From assembly GCA_964444305.1 (NCBI GenBank), contig CAYUGQ010000001.1, forward strand, positions 1 through 62,441: a stretch of 62,441 nt of DNA, read 5' to 3'. Position 1 is the stretch's first letter; each line of letters opens with the position of its first letter. Below are positions 56,712-62,441 of this stretch, one piece after another. The notes beneath the pieces are model-generated. The model had not been told where the DNA came from. It made no database searches and worked only from the letters and a program-made list of their open reading frames with translations. The DNA comes from an uncultured Candidatus Sumerlaeota bacterium. GTDB lineage: Bacteria; Sumerlaeota; Sumerlaeia; Sumerlaeales; Sumerlaeaceae. The position numbers and the translations under genes are program-made.

Positions 56712-57377
56712 ATGAAAAAAACCGGGCCTTCCGGTTGGCGCGGAGTAATGAATCGCAGGCCGCAGCCTAGCGATTTTGGGTTGTCGCCATTGGCGAACAA
56801 CGTGGACTCGCTCACCCAACGCGATCTTCACAAGCCTCGCCCTTCCCGTTTGCAGCATGGAATCGGCGGGGGAATGCGATTTTCTGAGGGGCATGAGATC
56901 AGCGGCTTGGTTCCTGCCAGTTTTTCCAGAAACGTCTTTGCGCGTCAGATTTCGTTGACGACCCCCCGGGTGGTTGTGGGTATTTACTGTACGGTGCTTT
57001 TGACAATCCTGATGGTCAGTCACATCCACCTTCGTTTTCACATCCATGATATGAAAATGCAGGAGCATTCTTTGCAGAGTGTGCAGCAACAACTGGAGCG
57101 CCGGATTTCGTTTTTGGATCGTGGGGTTGCGAGTCGTATGGGTGATCTTGCGCCGATGAGGGACGTTGCCGTTAATCACCTGAACATGGTGCGCACGGGT
57201 CGCTCCTCAGAGCTGGTTATTGCGCCGCATGTTGCTCAGAAGTATTCTCCGGAGGCTATTGCCGCCGCGACGCAGAGAAACACTCAAACTGCTTCTTTAG
57301 GTGCGGAGGAACCGGTTCTTAACCCCTTCTTCCGGTTTGCTGATTTTGCCATGGCCTTTGTTCCTACAGAGAAGTAG
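56712..57377 (+). CDS. Hypothetical bitopic membrane protein with a juxtamembrane coiled coil (FtsL/FtsB-like topology)
   Basis: One TM segment (VVVGIYCTVLLTILMVSHI) followed by heptad-like MKMQEHSLQSVQQQLERRISFL. The start is uncertain: TTG at 56691, or ATG at 56712 or 56748. Confidence 0.45.
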   Translation: MKKTGPSGWRGVMNRRPQPSDFGLSPLANNVDSLTQRDLHKPRPSRLQHGIGGGMRFSEGHEISGLVPASFSRNVFARQISLTTPRVVVGIYCTVLLTILMVSHIHLRFHIHDMKMQEHSLQSVQQQLERRISFLDRGVASRMGDLAPMRDVAVNHLNMVRTGRSSELVIAPHVAQKYSPEAIAAATQRNTQTASLGAEEPVLNPFFRFADFAMAFVPTEK

Positions 57378-57398
57378 TGTCAGCGCGGTGGTTCTGCC

Positions 57399-58490
57399 CT
57401 AGGGCAGGTTGCTGTCGTCCGGATCTTTTACCAAGCGAAACCCCAGATGGCTCATGCCGGTATCAGGCGTGTTGCCGAGGCGGGCGCTGGGGCGGTAGCT
57501 GCTGCAATAGCTTTCATGACAAAGGAATGATCCGCCTCGAATTACTCGTTCTTGCAGGTGTGGGCTGGCGGGATTAGCTGGAGATTTGGGATCGATGGTC
57601 GGCGCAGTGAGGCTGCGGGCTTTATAAATTTCCGGATGGAACCAGTCGGCGCACCACTCCCACACATTGCCGCCCATATCATACTGGCCATAGCCGTTGG
57701 CGGGAAAAGACCATACGGGAGCGGTTCGATAATAGCCATCTTCCATTAAGTTTTTGACGGGAAATACGCCCTGCCAGATATTGGCCATGGGTCGCCCTTC
57801 CGGCTGGAGTTCGTTGCCCCAAACAAACTGGTTCTGATCAAGACCGCCGCGAGCAGCATATTCCCATTCGGCTTCGGTGGGCAGACGTTTTCCCGCCCAC
57901 CTGGCATAGGCTTGGGCATCATCCCATGAAACCATGACGACGGGATGTTTTTCGCGTCCGGCGATATTGCTATCGGGTCCTTCCGGGTGTTTCCAGCTCG
58001 CACCGGGTGTCCAGGTCCACCATTGGTCGACGGTATCAGGATCGGTTCCGGGCACTGGCGGATTAAACACCAGCGCGCCTGGCACCAGCACTTCTTTCGG
58101 CGGAGGCGGGGTGCCGGGGGGGACCTGGGCCATGATCTCCTGCAGGCTGGGTGTTGTTTCGGCGGTGGTCATATAGCCCGATTCCGCCACAAACCCGGCA
58201 AATTCTTCGTTAGTCACTTCATGGGTATCAATCCAGAAGGGACTGATTTGTACCGGGTGAGCCGGGCGTTCGGAAGGCCAGTGGGAGGCGTCGTTTGTTC
58301 CCATCATGAAGACTCCGCCCGGGAGGTAAACCATGCCCGCTGGGGTTGTTGGAGAATCTTTAGCTTCGGTGGCGGTGGTGCGGGGATCAGCGTAAATGCC
58401 TGATGTGAGGAGCAACAGGCTGCCCACATTAAGAAGAATCCGCAGGCTGTTCCAATGTCTTGCGCTCATCATAAACCTTTGTATGGACAA
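57399..58490 (-). CDS. Formylglycine-generating enzyme family protein (SUMF1/FGE-sulfatase domain), secreted
   Basis: Has a signal peptide. Motifs: THEVTNEEFAGFV, RLPTEAEWEYAARGG, GNVWEWCADW and RGGSFLCHESYCSSYR. Confidence 0.88.
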   Translation of the reverse strand: MSIQRFMMSARHWNSLRILLNVGSLLLLTSGIYADPRTTATEAKDSPTTPAGMVYLPGGVFMMGTNDASHWPSERPAHPVQISPFWIDTHEVTNEEFAGFVAESGYMTTAETTPSLQEIMAQVPPGTPPPPKEVLVPGALVFNPPVPGTDPDTVDQWWTWTPGASWKHPEGPDSNIAGREKHPVVMVSWDDAQAYARWAGKRLPTEAEWEYAARGGLDQNQFVWGNELQPEGRPMANIWQGVFPVKNLMEDGYYRTAPVWSFPANGYGQYDMGGNVWEWCADWFHPEIYKARSLTAPTIDPKSPANPASPHLQERVIRGGSFLCHESYCSSYRPSARLGNTPDTGMSHLGFRLVKDPDDSNLP

Positions 58491-58554
58491 TAGCTGCCAG
58501 GTTCCGGTTTCTGTCCACAGGATTTGATAATGTTTTTCAGGGATAACACAGGAT

Positions 58555-59649
58555 ATGCTGCAAACGAAACAGAGGTCTGATTGTCGCTGGGATATCGTAA
58601 GTCTTGGTGAGGTGATGCTGCGTTTGGATCCGGGCGAAGGGCGAATTCATACGACGCGGTCTTTCCAGGCTTGGGAAGGCGGTGGGGAGTATAATGTTGC
58701 GAGGGGCATGAAGCGCTGTTTCGGGCTTGAAGCGGCCATCGTGACAGCGCTGGCAGATAATCCCGTGGGCTGCCTGATTCAGGATTTGATCTACCAGGGT
58801 GGCGTTGATCAGTCGTTTGTGCGCTGGGTTGATTATGACGGTGTGGGTCGGGAGGTGCGCAACGGGCTGAATTTTACGGAGCGGGGATTTGGTGCCCGTG
58901 GGGCGGTGGGATGCAGTGACCGGGGACATACGGCGGCATCAAAGTTGAGGGCTGGGGATGTGGACTGGGAGGAGATTTTCGTTAAACATGGTGCGCGGTG
59001 GTTTCACACGGGGGGCATCTTTGCGGCGTTGAGCGAGACCACGCCAGATGTGGCCCGGGAAGCTATGCAGGCTGCCCGTAAGCATGGCACGCTGGTTTCT
59101 TATGACTTGAACTATCGTCCCAGTCTGTGGAAATCCATCGGCGGCCAAGCCCGGGCGCAGGAGGTTAATCGATCGCTTGCCCCTTATGTGGACGTGATGA
59201 TTGGTAATGAAGAAGACTTCACCGCAGCGCTGGGTTTTGAGGTGGAAGGTTTGGACGAGCATCACAGCAAGCTGGATGTGGCGAATTTTGAAAAGATGAT
59301 CCATCGGGCCTGTGAGACTTTCCCTAATTTCCAAGTGGTGGCCACGACCTTGCGTCATGCCAAGACGGCATCCATCAACGACTGGGCGGCGGTTTTGTGG
59401 CACGGTGGAAAGCTTTATAAGAGCCGAATCCGGGAGAACCTGGAAATTTACGACCGCGTGGGCGGCGGTGACAGTTATGCCAGCGGGGTGATTTACGGGA
59501 TTTTGTCGGGGAAGGATCCGCAGTATTGTGTGGACTGTGGAGCAGCGCATGGAGCGTTGGCCATGACAACCCCGGGTGATACGACGATGGCTTCGCTGGC
59601 TGAGGTGGAAAAAGTGATGAAAGGCGGGACAGCGCGCGTCGATCGCTGA
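58555..59649 (+). CDS. PfkB-family sugar kinase (2-keto-3-deoxygluconate-kinase-like)
   Basis: N-terminus DIVSLGEVMLRLDP, DLNYRPSLW, and C-terminal anion-hole motif DRVGGGDSYASG. Confidence 0.82.
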   Translation: MLQTKQRSDCRWDIVSLGEVMLRLDPGEGRIHTTRSFQAWEGGGEYNVARGMKRCFGLEAAIVTALADNPVGCLIQDLIYQGGVDQSFVRWVDYDGVGREVRNGLNFTERGFGARGAVGCSDRGHTAASKLRAGDVDWEEIFVKHGARWFHTGGIFAALSETTPDVAREAMQAARKHGTLVSYDLNYRPSLWKSIGGQARAQEVNRSLAPYVDVMIGNEEDFTAALGFEVEGLDEHHSKLDVANFEKMIHRACETFPNFQVVATTLRHAKTASINDWAAVLWHGGKLYKSRIRENLEIYDRVGGGDSYASGVIYGILSGKDPQYCVDCGAAHGALAMTTPGDTTMASLAEVEKVMKGGTARVDR

Positions 59650-59671
59650 CGGGCGGGCGTTTTAATTTTTT

Positions 59672-60433
59672 ATGGTTTCCAAATCACAAATTCAATTTGT
59701 CCGGAGCCTGCAGTCGCGCAAGGTGCGTCATGAGCGGAGGCTGTTTGTGGCGGAAGGACCGAAGGTTGTCGCGGAACTACTGGCGGAGTCTGCGTTGCAG
59801 GTGCAGGATGTTTTTGCCACTGAGACATGGGCCGAGAAGCTGGAGCGGGCCGTGCGTGACGGGGGCGGCACAATGACTGAGGTGGGTGATCAGGCTCTAA
59901 AGCGGCTTTCCAGCCTGACGACAGCTAACGGTGTTGTGGCGGTGTTTTCGATGCCAAACCTGCCGTCCTGGCCTCCGGATGATGAGACTGCGGCATTAAG
60001 TCTCATTTTGGATACGATTCAGGATCCAGGCAATATGGGTACGATCATACGTTGTGCGGACTGGTTTGGTGTGCGCAATATTATCTGTAGTGCGTCTTGT
60101 GCAGATGCGTTTAACAGCAAGGTGATCCAGGCGACCATGGGCAGTATCACCCGGGTACGGGTTTATTACGAGGATGACCTGGCCGGGTTTCTGGATGAGC
60201 ACCGAGGCGATAAACTAGTGATGGCGGCGGCGCTGGATGGCGAAAGCGTGCATCATGTGAAGCCTGCGACTACGGGTGATTTTCTTATTATCGGCAATGA
60301 GGCGCGTGGCATCAGCGAGGGCCTGCTCGCGCGGGCCGATAAGGTAGTAACGATTCCCCGGCTGGGTCAGGCGGAGTCGCTAAATGCGGGCGTGGCCACG
60401 GGAATTCTGCTTTCTCATTTGACGCAAAACTGA
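59672..60433 (+). CDS. TrmH/SpoU-family RNA 2'-O-methyltransferase
   Basis: SpoU motifs DTIQDPGNMGTIIRCADWFGV, IIGNEARGIS and IPRLGQAESLNAGVATGILL. Confidence 0.88.
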   Translation: MVSKSQIQFVRSLQSRKVRHERRLFVAEGPKVVAELLAESALQVQDVFATETWAEKLERAVRDGGGTMTEVGDQALKRLSSLTTANGVVAVFSMPNLPSWPPDDETAALSLILDTIQDPGNMGTIIRCADWFGVRNIICSASCADAFNSKVIQATMGSITRVRVYYEDDLAGFLDEHRGDKLVMAAALDGESVHHVKPATTGDFLIIGNEARGISEGLLARADKVVTIPRLGQAESLNAGVATGILLSHLTQN

Positions 60434-60642
60434 TTTGTGAGGCGGGAGCCTTGACGTTCGGGGTGTGGTTTTTTGCTGGTATGGGCATCAAATAAATTTT
60501 TTCGGCCATGACGGGGGCAAAAGACAATTTTCTTTGTGGTTTTTCTTTATACAGTCATTGATGTCGTGTCGGCATCAGGGCGCACCGTCATCAGCACCCG
60601 TGTGCGCCAACCTCCAATAAACAAGGCCATGACACCGATCCC

Positions 60643-62175
60643 ATGATTCTGATACTTGATTTCGGCTCCCAGTACACTCAGCTCATCGCACGGAAAATCC
60701 GTTCCTTTAAAGTTTACTGCCAGATAGTCCCTTTTAATACCCCGCTTGAGGAGTTAAAGGCGCTGAATCCCGATGGCATCATCTTTTCCGGCGGCCCGGC
60801 CTCGGTCTCGGCGGAAGGGGCGCCCAAGGTGGATCCGGCTATATTGGAGCTGGGTATGCCGGTGCTTGGCATTTGCTATGGGATGCAGCTTCTGGTGCAT
60901 CTGCTGGGAGGAGACGTTCGTGCTCAACAGCACAGCGAATATGGCCGCGCGACCATTGATCTGAAGGGCGAAGACCCCATTTTGATCGATGTGCCAAACC
61001 CGGATGTTGTATGGATGAGCCACATGGACGCCGCCGTGAAACTGCCGGAGGAATGGCAGACGCTGGCTCGTACGGAGGGTTGTGAGCAGGTGATCGTGCG
61101 TCATGCGTCGCGGCCGCTATATGGTTTGCAGTTTCATCCTGAGGTGCATCATACGCCCAACGGCACCCAGATTTTGCACAACTTTGTTTTCGAGATTTGC
61201 CAGGCGCGCCCTGACTGGAAAATGGAAGATTTTATTGATAAAACCGTGGCGGAGGTGCGGGCTCAGCTTGATGCCAAGCCTGGCAGCCGTGTGATTTGTG
61301 CGGTTTCCGGTGGGGTTGACAGCACGGTTCTGGCTGCGCTACTTTATCGCGCCGTCGGGGATCGGTTTGTGCCGGTGTTTGTGGATAATGGTTTGTTGCG
61401 TGCTGGCGAGGCTGAGGCTGTGGAGCGAAATTTCCGGGAGCACCTGGACATTCACATCGAGGCAGTTGACGCGCGCGACCTGTTTCTGGATGCCCTGAAG
61501 GACGTGACTGATCCGGAGCAGAAGCGGAAAATCATCGGGAAGCTGTTTATCGATGTGTTTTATCGCACGTTGAAACCGGGGGATTTTCTGGCCCAGGGGA
61601 CGCTGTATCCGGACGTGATTGAAAGCGTTAGCCTGAAAGGGCCAAGCGCTGTCATTAAGACGCACCATAACCGCGTGAGCGAGGTGCTGGCATTGATGGA
61701 ACAGGGTCTGGTCATTGAGCCCCTGCGGGAACTGTTTAAGGATGAGGTCCGGGTGCTGGGGGCCCAGCTTGGAATCCCGGACGATATGCTGTGGCGTCAG
61801 CCTTTCCCCGGACCTGGTCTGGCTGTGCGGGTGCTGGGTGAGATCACCGCGGAGCGTCTGGATATCCTGAAGCGGGCCGACAAAATCGTCTTGGACGAAA
61901 TGAAAGCTGCGGGGGTGTACCGAACCCTGTGGCAGAGCTTCGCCGTTCTGCTCCCCGTGAAAGCTGTCGGTGTGATGGGCGACACCCGCACTTATGCTAA
62001 TGTCATCGCTATCCGCGCCGTTGAAAGCGTTGATGCCATGACGGCTGATTTCGCCCGCCTGCCCTGGGATATCCTCGGCCGCATCTCTACGCGAATTATC
62101 AATGAAGTTGCAGGCGTAAACCGTGTGACATATGACATCAGCAGCAAACCCCCCGCTACTATTGAGTGGGAGTAG
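60643..62175 (+). CDS. guaA: GMP synthase (glutamine-hydrolysing)
   Basis: ILILDFGSQYTQLIARKIR, GATase Cys in GICYGMQ, ATP-PPase SGGVDS, and C-terminus ATIEWE. Confidence 0.96.
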   Translation: MILILDFGSQYTQLIARKIRSFKVYCQIVPFNTPLEELKALNPDGIIFSGGPASVSAEGAPKVDPAILELGMPVLGICYGMQLLVHLLGGDVRAQQHSEYGRATIDLKGEDPILIDVPNPDVVWMSHMDAAVKLPEEWQTLARTEGCEQVIVRHASRPLYGLQFHPEVHHTPNGTQILHNFVFEICQARPDWKMEDFIDKTVAEVRAQLDAKPGSRVICAVSGGVDSTVLAALLYRAVGDRFVPVFVDNGLLRAGEAEAVERNFREHLDIHIEAVDARDLFLDALKDVTDPEQKRKIIGKLFIDVFYRTLKPGDFLAQGTLYPDVIESVSLKGPSAVIKTHHNRVSEVLALMEQGLVIEPLRELFKDEVRVLGAQLGIPDDMLWRQPFPGPGLAVRVLGEITAERLDILKRADKIVLDEMKAAGVYRTLWQSFAVLLPVKAVGVMGDTRTYANVIAIRAVESVDAMTADFARLPWDILGRISTRIINEVAGVNRVTYDISSKPPATIEWE

Positions 62176-62343
62176 GATACCTCGCAGCGGTGATAATGTG
62201 ATTGCCTGACTGGATTGGCCAACTTCTTGTTTAAACGACGTTGTGGTCGTGTGCCCTTTGCAAAATCCGATTTTTCTAAGGCCCTTGTTGATAACTCAAA
62301 CTGCGACTGCTTCTAATATCAATTCTTTCAAGGAGATATCGTC

Positions 62344-62441
62344 ATGACTAAAAGGACGCTGGGTCGTTCCGGGCTTCAGATAAAGCCGCTGGTGTTCGGG
62401 GGGAATGTCTTTGGCTGGACTGCTGATGAAAGCCGTTCTTT
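62344..62441 (+). CDS. Aldo/keto reductase, N-terminal fragment (continues beyond the window)
   Basis: MTKRTLGRSGLQIKPLVFGGNVFGW is a typical AKR N-terminus. An AAGGAG Shine-Dalgarno sequence lies 8 nt upstream. Confidence 0.7.
   Translation, partial: MTKRTLGRSGLQIKPLVFGGNVFGWTADESRS

Noticed and set aside
1-62441. CRISPR arrays, tRNA/rRNA genes, IS elements, integrases, toxin-antitoxin pairs and recognisable phage-defence genes.
   Set aside because: All intergenic spacers over 80 nt were inspected by eye. No regularly spaced direct repeats or tRNA T-arm motifs were seen, and no translated ORF shows transposase, integrase or defence-domain motifs. A tRNAscan/Infernal run would be needed for certainty.

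Overview
A 62.4-kb chromosomal segment with about 48 protein-coding genes. I found no rRNA, tRNA, CRISPR array, transposase or integrase. Content falls into three groups. (1) Housekeeping: sucA-sucB, argS, pheT, guaA, rtcB, a TrmH-type methyltransferase and a five-gene peptide-type ABC importer. (2) Envelope and polysaccharide genes: two Wzx-like flippases, GT2 and GT4 glycosyltransferases, an epimerase, a TylF-type methyltransferase, a DegT aminotransferase, a DedA/PAP2 fusion, a secreted amidase and a secreted GHL10 hydrolase. (3) Signalling genes. Several usually operonic genes sit alone here: sdhC without sdhAB, pheT without pheS, ytfT-yjfF without ytfQR, and a lone FecCD permease. That scattering, plus a prepilin-like protein, an FGE-family enzyme and Hanks kinases, suggests a PVC-superphylum genome (Planctomycetota, Verrucomicrobiota or relatives). 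This is inference only. The most unusual content lies at 36-49 kb: (a) one 1187-codon ORF fusing a DnaK-type Hsp70 (nucleotide-binding domain plus beta substrate-binding domain, no lid) to a TPR-like region and a Ser/Thr kinase; (b) directly downstream, a roughly 0.6-kb C-depleted, G+T-rich stretch with no credible gene; (c) a co-directional array of a Cache-type receptor Ser/Thr kinase, an alpha/beta hydrolase, an MLE-subgroup enolase-superfamily enzyme and a GH3 acyl-acid amido synthetase. All functional calls rest on motifs read by eye from the supplied translations. No database search was run.
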